From: a virus
Taxonomy: Duplodnaviria > Heunggongvirae > Uroviricota > Caudoviricetes
Virus record (IMG/VR): IMGVR_UViG_3300029305_004380
Coordinates: 66,042-114,610 of that record
Length of the DNA stretch: 48,569 nucleotides
Direction: 5' to 3' (one strand)
The translations under genes were made by a program, and so were the position numbers. Shown here in pieces: positions 37,667 through 46,725 of the stretch. The stretch's first letter is position 1. Every line of letters begins with the position of its first letter. The notes below the pieces were generated by a model. The model did no database searches and was not told where the DNA came from. It saw only the letters and a list, made by a program, of their open reading frames with translations.

Positions 37667-38566
37667 TTAACTTTCATTAATATATACATGAGTAATATTT
37701 TTTGAATCTGTATTATAAACAAATGTCACCCATTTATTTTTAATTTTACCTTCTAATTGAAAATGTCCATTATATTTCCAAGGAATATTTTTATTTTTTA
37801 AGTATTTAATGATATTATCATTTATAGATCCGGTTTGCCATTCAAATGTAAACAATGGAACCTTATTTATTTTTTCTTTAAGATTATTTAAATTTTCTAA
37901 AGATAATTCATCAGATATTAATTCGTGCAATTTTGTATAAAGATTATCTATAGACCCATCATTTCTTAATTCTTTAAAAACTAAATTACCTTTTGAATAA
38001 ATTCCTTCATCCATAAGAGATACTTTTCTTAACATTTTGATTTCATTTATCATTTCTTTAATTTGTTCAGATGAATTAGAATTTAAAGCATTAGATATTT
38101 TAGTTTTATAATGATTTAAAAGTTTTGAATAATCAACATCTTGCGGAGGATTATGTTCAGGAAATTTTATCCATTTATCTTGTAATAAACTATAAATTCC
38201 ATTTGTCATGTTACAAGCATTTATATCTTCAATATATAGTTCTACAGGTATTCCTTTAATAGTAATATCATAATCTGTATTAAATTTTGTTTTTTCATTG
38301 TTATAAAAAATTTGTGTTAATGTGTTATTTATACTTATATTATCAAAATCAGTTATAATATGCAAATCAATATCTGAATAATCAGTGTAATTAAAATCTG
38401 CATTAGACCCCAATAATAATACATCTATAACTTCTAAAGGAATATTATCTTCATGTAATTTAGAAACAAAAGTTTTATATATTTCTAATAACTTAACTTT
38501 TACATCTGACTTTAAAGAATTATTTTCCCAAATCTTAGGATTTAATGTATCATGATATTGTATCAT
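37667..38566 (-). CDS. Pol-beta superfamily nucleotidyltransferase
   Basis: VLLLGSNADFNYTDYSDIDLHII (GS...DxD), with a third acidic residue in VELYIED. Confidence 0.8.
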   Translation of the reverse strand: MIQYHDTLNPKIWENNSLKSDVKVKLLEIYKTFVSKLHEDNIPLEVIDVLLLGSNADFNYTDYSDIDLHIITDFDNISINNTLTQIFYNNEKTKFNTDYDITIKGIPVELYIEDINACNMTNGIYSLLQDKWIKFPEHNPPQDVDYSKLLNHYKTKISNALNSNSSEQIKEMINEIKMLRKVSLMDEGIYSKGNLVFKELRNDGSIDNLYTKLHELISDELSLENLNNLKEKINKVPLFTFEWQTGSINDNIIKYLKNKNIPWKYNGHFQLEGKIKNKWVTFVYNTDSKNITHVYINES

Positions 38567-38581
38567 AATATATTACCTCCT

Positions 38582-40651
38582 TTATACTCGTTCAATGAAA
38601 CATTCATATGTTGATGTTCTGTCAAATAGTGTATCAATAACTCCTGCTACAAATTCTTTTGTTACTTCTTTACCATCTTTATAAAAATTATTAAAAATCA
38701 ATAGTGTGAATTTAAATTTTTCACCAAGAGTAAAATTATCTTCAGCAATAGCATAATATTGATTTTTTGCAGTTTCTGGATTCATAGCTTTAATTGTTTT
38801 TTCTAACAATGACCCTAATTTTATAGTGCAATCTATATCATAATTAACATCAACTTCAATTTCATATTGATCTTGACTCATTGTGCTACTAACACCTGTT
38901 ATATTAGTATCTTCAGTTTTATATTGTTTATTTTCATTTTCTAAATCAGCAATTAAAGCATCTCTACATTCTTTTGGAGATTTACTTCTTTCAAGTTCAA
39001 ATAATTTATCCATTAATTCAGATGCACGAGCTTTATTAGTTTTTGCATAAGCATGAATGTGTAATGCAATTTCATCATAATTTGTATCTGTTTTTAATTC
39101 ATTAACTAATTCATCAATGGAATTAAATGTATCTTCTAATTTAATGCTTTCATTTTTAGAATCCGCAATAGTGACATTTTGAATCATTACTTGCTCTCCA
39201 GAGGTTGTAATAACATTCTTAATAGCATTCATTGCTGAACCGAGGCCATGATACATTCTTCCATCTTCATTATTACCTATAAAATATTCATCTGACATTC
39301 TTATACTTGTTTCTTTAATTGCTAATTTTTCAACTGTTGATGCAATAGATTCTGTAAGTTTACCTTCTTCAGAATTGTCAAAAATTTCATTACCGAAAGT
39401 AGGAAGAGTAAATTCTGCATTAGCTCCATCTACGTTTTGTTTATGATTTGTTAAAAGTTGTTTATATAACATTGTAGTAAATGCAACCATATGATTCTTT
39501 TCTTCTTCAATAATAGCATCAATATTGGCTCTTTCTTCATTAGTAATACCGTTTGCTGAGCGTAGTGCTACATATTCAAGAACAGATGTTTGTTCTGAAC
39601 GAATAGCTTGTGCTAATCTTACAATAAAATCAGAAACTTCCATATGATCTAAATCTACATCAATATTTACAAAACTAGAAGCCATTTGCGGATTACCCAC
39701 AGGGGTAACTATTTTAGATTCTTTTACAATATCAATTTTAGAATATTTATATAATTGAATAGGTGCCATTTTTTGTGGATCTTCATACATATTATCTTCA
39801 GCATTTTCACAATCGGTATTATGTTCTTCTACTTCAATCACTTTAATTTTTTCTAATGGTATTTCTGTTCCATCATCATACACATATGGGTTATATTCTT
39901 TTAAATCTTCTGCACATTCAGGACATCTAAACACTATTAAATCATATCCATCTGATTTTAAAGAATCTACATCTATTTCATATTTATCAATTAAGTCTTG
40001 AGTAGATTCGGTTATAGATTCTACCGTTAAATCATCTCCATGAGCCATACTTATAGCATATAACAATAAACTTCTTTCTAATTCAGTCACTTCATTACTT
40101 GGCAATTCTTTAACAAATTCAGCAAATTGTTTAAGTTCTGTTTTTGTAAATTTTTTAAATTCTTCAGGTCTGCCATCAGCCATGACATTAAAAAATCTAT
40201 CTTGAAGAATTTCCGGAATATCGTCAATATCTTCTTTTATAAATTTTTCCTTATTTAACTCTAATTTCATTTTTTCACCTTCTTTACCTTCTAAAGCCGT
40301 AGCTGCACTTGTGTATGTTTTTACTCCTTTTTTAGGGAGTGGGTCTCTTGATATACCTTTAGGATAATCTCCTTCAGTAATTTCATCTTTAGATAAAATC
40401 AATTTACCTTTATTTTTAATATATCCATATTCTTCTTTAGCACCTGTTGGCATATTGTCCCACTGAATCCCAGTTAATGCATATACTTCATCAATAGTAT
40501 TATTATTTTTAAATATTTGAGTAGCTAATTCTTTTTGTTTTTTTATTGATTTGAAATAACATGGAATATTCGTACTGGAACCGGCTAATGTTTTACCTTT
40601 ACTAGCCCCAATAAGCCAATATGGAGAATTAGATTCTTTTAATACTAACAA
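38582..40651 (-). CDS. Multi-segment head-region protein containing a ferritin-like segment
   Basis: 689 aa; AIRSEQTSVLEY...IIEEEKNH; repeated xxE-S/G/D motifs. Confidence 0.6.
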   Translation of the reverse strand: MLVLKESNSPYWLIGASKGKTLAGSSTNIPCYFKSIKKQKELATQIFKNNNTIDEVYALTGIQWDNMPTGAKEEYGYIKNKGKLILSKDEITEGDYPKGISRDPLPKKGVKTYTSAATALEGKEGEKMKLELNKEKFIKEDIDDIPEILQDRFFNVMADGRPEEFKKFTKTELKQFAEFVKELPSNEVTELERSLLLYAISMAHGDDLTVESITESTQDLIDKYEIDVDSLKSDGYDLIVFRCPECAEDLKEYNPYVYDDGTEIPLEKIKVIEVEEHNTDCENAEDNMYEDPQKMAPIQLYKYSKIDIVKESKIVTPVGNPQMASSFVNIDVDLDHMEVSDFIVRLAQAIRSEQTSVLEYVALRSANGITNEERANIDAIIEEEKNHMVAFTTMLYKQLLTNHKQNVDGANAEFTLPTFGNEIFDNSEEGKLTESIASTVEKLAIKETSIRMSDEYFIGNNEDGRMYHGLGSAMNAIKNVITTSGEQVMIQNVTIADSKNESIKLEDTFNSIDELVNELKTDTNYDEIALHIHAYAKTNKARASELMDKLFELERSKSPKECRDALIADLENENKQYKTEDTNITGVSSTMSQDQYEIEVDVNYDIDCTIKLGSLLEKTIKAMNPETAKNQYYAIAEDNFTLGEKFKFTLLIFNNFYKDGKEVTKEFVAGVIDTLFDRTSTYECFIERV

Positions 40652-40666
40652 TTGTTTTCACCTACC

Positions 40667-41260
40667 TTATTTATTTGAATTCATAGTTCCTTTAATAATA
40701 CCTTTTAATTCATCTCTTGATTCAGACCCATTAGTTTTAACTCCTGATTTATTTAATATCTCTTTCATAGATGAATCATCTAATTTATCCAGAATGTTAT
40801 CTGTATTATCTTCTAATTTTATGTTTGTATTTTTATATTCTAAAAATAAAACATTATCTGTGATTAAATTTGGTTCAAATTCATCATTATATTTTTTACT
40901 TATTTCCAATAATGAATTTTTATCAGCTTTAATAATAATAGAATTTTCAGTAGAATCCCATTCTATCTTATCTGTTTTGTATTGAGTTTTAATCTCATTA
41001 ATAATATTGTCTATATTATCCTCAGAAGAATTTTCTAATATAGATTCTATTTTAACAGCTACTGTATCATTAGCTGTATTACTAATAAATAAATCATAAT
41101 CTTCTATTGTATCAAAATAGGAATATTTGTTATGATTAATTCCTGAAACAACATTGATTTTACCATACATTGGTGTTATAATATAGTTATCAGTTTTAAT
41201 TAAATCACTTGTTTCATTTAATTTATTACCTACAGTTTGTTTACTAATTGTTATAGACAT
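40667..41260 (-). CDS. Hypothetical protein with a possible C-terminal HeH/LEM-like segment
   Basis: C-terminal LDKLDDSSMKEILNKSGVKTNGSESRDELKGII. Confidence 0.55.
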   Translation of the reverse strand: MSITISKQTVGNKLNETSDLIKTDNYIITPMYGKINVVSGINHNKYSYFDTIEDYDLFISNTANDTVAVKIESILENSSEDNIDNIINEIKTQYKTDKIEWDSTENSIIIKADKNSLLEISKKYNDEFEPNLITDNVLFLEYKNTNIKLEDNTDNILDKLDDSSMKEILNKSGVKTNGSESRDELKGIIKGTMNSNK

Positions 41261-41263
41261 TTA

Positions 41264-41719
41264 TTATTCACCATCCTTAATATATAAATATTTAAAAATA
41301 TCTGAAAACTCAGTGTATACGATATTTATTTTATTAAATGACCCTGTATTTACAAAGTCATTAATAGCATTCATTATTGAATTTATTCCTATTATTTGCG
41401 AATGTTTAACTACATCATCTTTGGTAGTTTTTATATAACAAAGCATTTGAGTTAATAAACTACCTAAACAAACCACTTGTTCATAATCATCTATTTGTCT
41501 TTTAGTAAAATTATTAAACAATGGAGTTTTATGTCTTTTAGAATAAATAAGATTAAACACTCCTAAATCTTTTAGAGGAATATGTAAGTTTATAAATTTT
41601 AAAGCTTTCATAGGAATATCGTTATCAAGTATATCGTCTACATATGTATCTATATTTGTGTCTTTTATGTCTTTAATTTTATTTAACATGAATAACATTT
41701 CTTTTTTTGTAAAAGTCAT
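41264..41719 (-). CDS. Hypothetical protein
   Basis: 151 aa directly downstream of the portal gene, with a GAGG RBS. Confidence 0.6.
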   Translation of the reverse strand: MTFTKKEMLFMLNKIKDIKDTNIDTYVDDILDNDIPMKALKFINLHIPLKDLGVFNLIYSKRHKTPLFNNFTKRQIDDYEQVVCLGSLLTQMLCYIKTTKDDVVKHSQIIGINSIMNAINDFVNTGSFNKINIVYTEFSDIFKYLYIKDGE

Positions 41720-41733
41720 TGTATTAACCTCGT

Positions 41734-43305
41734 TTATTGTATATCTACGTCTGTATCTGTATCTGCGTCTATGTTTACTTCTTCAATTAGTTCTTCTTGT
41801 AAAATATCAAATAAATGATTATCTTGTAACATGTTTTGAACTAAATAATTTAATAATTTACGTTTGGTATCTGAAGAATAAGATTCTTCTTGACCATTTA
41901 TAACATCCATTAAATCACGAATAATTTCCATATGTGATTTTAATTTTTCATCTCTTTCATTATCTTCAACTGCAGATGGAGATACCATTTTAATTGTAAA
42001 ATTGTTAATGTAGTCAGTAACTCCTCTTCTATATGCGAATACATTTATTAAGTCGGTAATTCCATTTATATATGCATTTTGATATCTTTTTAATGTTCTA
42101 CCATATCTAGCATCAAATTTTGTAAGAGATGTACCTGCTGATAATCCTCCACCATCATCATTTTTTTGTTTAACATATGCAACTGGAATGGGAAAGCCCA
42201 TTGCAAATTTTTCTAAAAAGTGATCAATGTCTGCAAGTGCTTTAACATCCACATCTCCGCCCATAGTGCTATGAGTTATTGCTCCATTGCCTTTATGAGT
42301 AGCATGATAAATTATATTTTCTAACGGACCGGGATTTACTTGATTTTTATATTCTCCTGTAGATTTATCTAAATATCTATTTCTAGAAATTTTATCTCTT
42401 AATGTTTTTAATATTTCTTGTACATCATTGTCATCTGTATTTCCAACTTCTATCTGAATTAATCTAATAATTGCCGATTTAGACAATCTATTTAATAAAA
42501 CTGAATCTTCTAATAAATTTAATTCGCTCCATGTTTTAAAAACATTTGCTAAAATAGAATTTCCTTCTTTAACGTCATATTCTTCTTCTACTTCGGTTTC
42601 CTTATTAGTTAATACATATTTGTTAGGAAATCTATTATATGCATCATTTATAGAAATGTGAATAAATTTATCAGCTGGTAATATCTTATCTGTTTTTTGA
42701 GCTACATACCCAATGTTAGATAATCTATTATTAATTTGATCATCTGTGTTCATTTGAATATAATATGCTGTTTTTCCATCTTTTATTAGATCAAACAGGC
42801 TTGCCGGATTTTTAACCATTTCTATTCTTTCTAATAAAGTTGATGCAGAAATATTTAAATCTGTTTGAGAATTTTCATCTACAATATCATAAAATAATTC
42901 CAAATATAAATCTCCATACTTACATAAAGAATATATATGATTCCAAGCGTGTTTATTTAATTGTAAATTTTTAATTATTCTATTAACAAATTCTGAACAA
43001 TTTTCATCACTTGATTCAGCCCATATAACTTGAGAAGACTGATTATATTGAGTACAATCATCTGCATACATGTTCAATATTGATGCAACTCTTGAATCCT
43101 GACTCATTATATCAAATGAAGCAAATTTTTCATTTCTTTCAGATTTTAATAATCTAAAGTTATTTATTTCATTACAATTTAAAATATCTCCTATTTCATT
43201 ATAAAACGATTCAGCAGATATTGGATCATAATATAGACTATTTTCATCGTTTTTATTATTAGTAACTCTCACTGATTCCTTTTTATTTCTATTAAAAATT
43301 CCCAT
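41734..43305 (-). CDS. Portal protein (T4 gp20-like)
   Basis: DSRVASILNMYADD, YSLCKYGDLY, LNLLEDSVLLNRL...IQIEVGN and DIDHF motifs. Confidence 0.88.
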   Translation of the reverse strand: MGIFNRNKKESVRVTNNKNDENSLYYDPISAESFYNEIGDILNCNEINNFRLLKSERNEKFASFDIMSQDSRVASILNMYADDCTQYNQSSQVIWAESSDENCSEFVNRIIKNLQLNKHAWNHIYSLCKYGDLYLELFYDIVDENSQTDLNISASTLLERIEMVKNPASLFDLIKDGKTAYYIQMNTDDQINNRLSNIGYVAQKTDKILPADKFIHISINDAYNRFPNKYVLTNKETEVEEEYDVKEGNSILANVFKTWSELNLLEDSVLLNRLSKSAIIRLIQIEVGNTDDNDVQEILKTLRDKISRNRYLDKSTGEYKNQVNPGPLENIIYHATHKGNGAITHSTMGGDVDVKALADIDHFLEKFAMGFPIPVAYVKQKNDDGGGLSAGTSLTKFDARYGRTLKRYQNAYINGITDLINVFAYRRGVTDYINNFTIKMVSPSAVEDNERDEKLKSHMEIIRDLMDVINGQEESYSSDTKRKLLNYLVQNMLQDNHLFDILQEELIEEVNIDADTDTDVDIQ

Positions 43306-43332
43306 AATTGTAATATTATCTCCTTTATATTT

Positions 43333-43764
43333 TTATGGAATAACTATGCATTGGTTATCTTCATTACAAACGTTTTGTGATAAATTTATAAACATAAAAT
43401 CTTTATTTGCGTTAAGTAATGAATCAAAAATTTCTTTATTTACATTCATATATAATTTTTTTGTTCCATCTGTGAATTGTATAGCCAATGCTCCTATAAT
43501 AGTATTTGTTTCTGTATCTTCACTTGTTTTACAAAATCCAAAAGATTTTATCTTTGATGGTAATACTTCGTGCATAGGTATGTTATAAAAATTTACACAT
43601 GAATTTATACAATTACCTATTTCTGAATCAGTATTGGTAGGATACCCATTGCAACATTTGTTATTTGTCCAACTACATTCTGAACAATTTGCGTGATCAC
43701 AAGTAAAAAGAGAATAAAATCTATCAATTGCATTTCCGCCACAAGCACAATTTTCAATAGGCAT
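43333..43764 (-). CDS. Cys-rich protein with a KTSC-like C-terminal domain
   Basis: SKIKSFGF...LAIQFTDGTKKLYMNVNKEIFDSLLNA resembles KTSC; the N-terminus is Cys-rich. Confidence 0.55.
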   Translation of the reverse strand: MPIENCACGGNAIDRFYSLFTCDHANCSECSWTNNKCCNGYPTNTDSEIGNCINSCVNFYNIPMHEVLPSKIKSFGFCKTSEDTETNTIIGALAIQFTDGTKKLYMNVNKEIFDSLLNANKDFMFINLSQNVCNEDNQCIVIP

Positions 43765-43813
43765 TATTTATATCTCTCCTTTTATAATTTAATATATATT
43801 TTTATTTTAATTA

Positions 43814-43855
43814 AAATAAAAATGTCTTAGAAATATTTCTAAGACATTTTTATTT
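43814..43855. terminator. 42-bp perfect palindrome, probable terminator after the helicase
   Basis: aaataaaaatgtcttagaaatatttctaagacatttttattt. Confidence 0.7.
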
Positions 43856-43869
43856 ATATCATTTTGATA

Positions 43870-45246
43870 TTATTGTTCTCTAAGAACTGCTTCTCTTTTT
43901 TGTCTTTCATATTCATCTTCTGAAATAGGATATACCTTTTGTTTTCCACCATCTATATATAAATGTATTTTTCTGTTAGCTATTCCATTTCTATTTTTAG
44001 GAATAAACATTGTGGCAACCGGAGCCCCAGTTGATCCAGGTTTACCCATTGTTATCATTAAATCTATAATGTGTTGTTTCATTGAACTTTCTGATGCAGC
44101 ATCCAATGTGAGTACTTCTTGATTAAAAAATGCTATTTTAGGTTGTGAAGCAATTAACATAACTGATTTATTTTTTACACCGAAAGATCGAATATGATTA
44201 TAAATGGCTCCAGCATTATCATACATGCTGTCTGTAGATGGTTTTATATTTGCATCATAATCTATTATTATTTGGTCAAAATGCACATTATGAGTTAATT
44301 GTATTTTTTGTATTTCATTTGTTAATTGTTCTACAGTTATTAATCCTGAAGTTAAAGGTAATATCCAATTTTTATTAACAGGTGAATCCGGTTGATTCTT
44401 TAACACATTAATTAATTCTAATTGTTGCTCTAAAGACATATCTATTATTTCTCTTAATGGTTTTTCACTATAATTTGCTAAATATCTCAAACTTGCATCA
44501 TAATGATTTAAATCTCCCAAAAATATATGTAAATTAGTAAAACCATCTTTTGTAGCACTCACACCTTGATTAACTAATGTTAATGTTTTTCCAACTCCAG
44601 GAGATGCAGACACCATGGTTAATGTGCCTGGAGTTAATGCTCCGTGATTTAAAGTTTTATTTATTTCATCTAAAAAAAATCTTATTTTTCTAGTTGTTTT
44701 TTCATCTCCAACAGCTGCTTCTCTTACTTTAGAAAAAGTATCAACATTTCCCATATTAAATGGTTGAGTTTGAACAATTGTAAAATTAATATATTTTCCT
44801 AATTTATTAGCTTCATTTAACCATTCAACCGTTTTTTCTGATTTAACCAAATTTATAACATTTGAAAATGTATGTTCTACACCATTTCTTTTTATAAACT
44901 CTTCGAAATAAGTTCTTTTAACAGTATCTTCTTTATCAATATATTCTTCTATATAATCACTGTTTAATTGTTTTAATAAAGATTTTATTCTTGATAAATC
45001 ATTTGCATTTGTTATCAATAATGAGACTTGTATCATCATATCTTTTAATGTTGGATTTGCATTATTTATTTTATGAAATTCCACTAATGCATTATATAAA
45101 GTTTTATAATCATCTCCATAAAAGAAATTTTCTGACATTACAGCTTTTGTTGCATCATACATTTCATTATCAAAAATCAACATGGATAAAACTATATCTT
45201 GTAATTCTGATGAAATGCCTTTAACCATTATTCCTCTTTGACTCAT
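43870..45246 (-). CDS. DnaB-like replicative helicase (T4 gp41-like)
   Basis: Walker A SASPGVGKT, Walker B IIIDY, then IASQ and KNRNG. Confidence 0.85.
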   Translation of the reverse strand: MSQRGIMVKGISSELQDIVLSMLIFDNEMYDATKAVMSENFFYGDDYKTLYNALVEFHKINNANPTLKDMMIQVSLLITNANDLSRIKSLLKQLNSDYIEEYIDKEDTVKRTYFEEFIKRNGVEHTFSNVINLVKSEKTVEWLNEANKLGKYINFTIVQTQPFNMGNVDTFSKVREAAVGDEKTTRKIRFFLDEINKTLNHGALTPGTLTMVSASPGVGKTLTLVNQGVSATKDGFTNLHIFLGDLNHYDASLRYLANYSEKPLREIIDMSLEQQLELINVLKNQPDSPVNKNWILPLTSGLITVEQLTNEIQKIQLTHNVHFDQIIIDYDANIKPSTDSMYDNAGAIYNHIRSFGVKNKSVMLIASQPKIAFFNQEVLTLDAASESSMKQHIIDLMITMGKPGSTGAPVATMFIPKNRNGIANRKIHLYIDGGKQKVYPISEDEYERQKREAVLREQ

Positions 45247-45268
45247 AATTTATTATGTACCTCTTTCC

Positions 45269-46555
45269 TTATGATAAATTCATAGATTTTAATTGCTTTA
45301 ATATGTCTAATATTTGATTTGAAATATATTTAATTGTTATATTTCTTTCTATCAATGCCACATCTTCGGTGGTTAATAAAATTTTACAATCTTTTGTTAA
45401 TTCTTTAGTTTTAATAATATTTATACATCTATTATTAAAACTTATTAATTCTTGTTTTGTAATTTTATTTAACTGTTCATTAATTTTTATATCGCGATAA
45501 TTTTTATTTAAATATTCTAAAATATCATCTTTAGATGGATTATTTATTTCTTCATGTAGCATTAAATTAATTATAATTCTTATCAATAAATTATGAAATT
45601 GTTTTTTAGAGTATATTATTTCTACTGACGGTTTATTTATTTCAATAATATTTGTGTTTATTTTTTTATTATTAGCTTTAATATTTTTTAAAGTTTCATA
45701 AGCTTTAATTTCTGCCAAATTTAAGTCTTCATCTAAAAAATCATTAAAATTTATAGGTTTATAATGTTTATTTAAAATAGACAAAGGAATTAAGTGAATA
45801 GGTATTTTATATTTTTTAATTAATGTTATTTCATTAATTGGAATAATTTTTAATAAATTACAAGCAGTGATATAATCATGTGTAACTATTAAATATGTAA
45901 TTATATTACACTTAATTTGAGTTTGTAATCTACTTATGTGACATTGTGATACATTAAATTTGGAAGCAATTTGTTCCTGAGTATAACCTTGAATTAAATA
46001 GTCTATAAGTTTTTTATCTCTATCATCACGAGATACATTATTTATATAATCTGAAACTATTAAATCATCTATCACGTGTTGTTCATAATGTGGAAGTACA
46101 TCTATTAAATCTACCTCTCCTTCTTTTACTGAAACATTTCTATCTATAGAATCTGTTCCGAATATATAGTTTGTAAGTCCTAATTTATCATCAGAGGTTA
46201 AATCTAATGAATTAAATTTAACATTTAAATCCTCAAGTGTTAAGTCACCGGTGTTCAATTCTTTTTTAATTTGATTACCTAAATCTATAAGTCTTCTTGT
46301 ATATCTTATAGAATTGTTATCTCTTAAGTATTTTTGAATGTTGCCCCAAATGCTAGATACTGCATAAGTACTAAACTTATATCCGGTTGTTTCATCAAAA
46401 TTATACGCTGCTTTTATTAAACCTTCTGTTCCTACAGAACTTAATTCTTCTTTTAGTTCTAAATCATGATATGCAAATTTAAAATATTTTTTCATAACAT
46501 AATAAACCAAAGATTGATTTTTTATGATTATTTCATCGGCTTTTTCTTTTGTCAT
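45269..46555 (-). CDS. Sigma70-family factor (SigF/G/B-like) with a long C-terminal extension
   Basis: EELSSVGTEGLIKAAYNFDETTGYKFSTYA...YLRD; region 4 GYTQEQIASKFNVSQCHISR. Confidence 0.85.
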   Translation of the reverse strand: MTKEKADEIIIKNQSLVYYVMKKYFKFAYHDLELKEELSSVGTEGLIKAAYNFDETTGYKFSTYAVSSIWGNIQKYLRDNNSIRYTRRLIDLGNQIKKELNTGDLTLEDLNVKFNSLDLTSDDKLGLTNYIFGTDSIDRNVSVKEGEVDLIDVLPHYEQHVIDDLIVSDYINNVSRDDRDKKLIDYLIQGYTQEQIASKFNVSQCHISRLQTQIKCNIITYLIVTHDYITACNLLKIIPINEITLIKKYKIPIHLIPLSILNKHYKPINFNDFLDEDLNLAEIKAYETLKNIKANNKKINTNIIEINKPSVEIIYSKKQFHNLLIRIIINLMLHEEINNPSKDDILEYLNKNYRDIKINEQLNKITKQELISFNNRCINIIKTKELTKDCKILLTTEDVALIERNITIKYISNQILDILKQLKSMNLS

Positions 46556-46628
46556 AGTTATTTCTTTCCTTTATTATAATTTAATATGAAATTTAATTTG
46601 ATTTATAAATTTCAATAATGAAAAATAG

Positions 46629-46670
46629 TATATGCACTTACAATTATATAATAAAAAATAAGTGCATATA
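46629..46670. promoter_or_regulatory. 12-bp inverted repeat with an 18-nt spacer between the two sigma genes
   Basis: tatatgcactta (46629-40) and taagtgcatata (46659-70). Confidence 0.45.
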
Positions 46671-46725
46671 AAATTCTTTCTATTAATATATAATAAAAAT
46701 TAATTTAGTTTTTTATTTAAATTTT

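Noticed and set aside
2516-45224. Short ORFs in the track lying antisense to long genes (e.g. 2516-2800, 2825-3082, 4788-5030, 8617-8820, 10198-10389, 13092-13289, 14594-17710 set, 19381-19587, 26173-26853, 28695-28922, 31045-31290, 36120-36326, 40794-40985, 41658-41903, 43346-43588, 44991-45224) and the alternate-frame ORF 34165-34401
   Set aside because: They lie within well-supported genes, show no RBS or motif, and have the Ser/Leu/Phe-rich composition expected of shadow frames.
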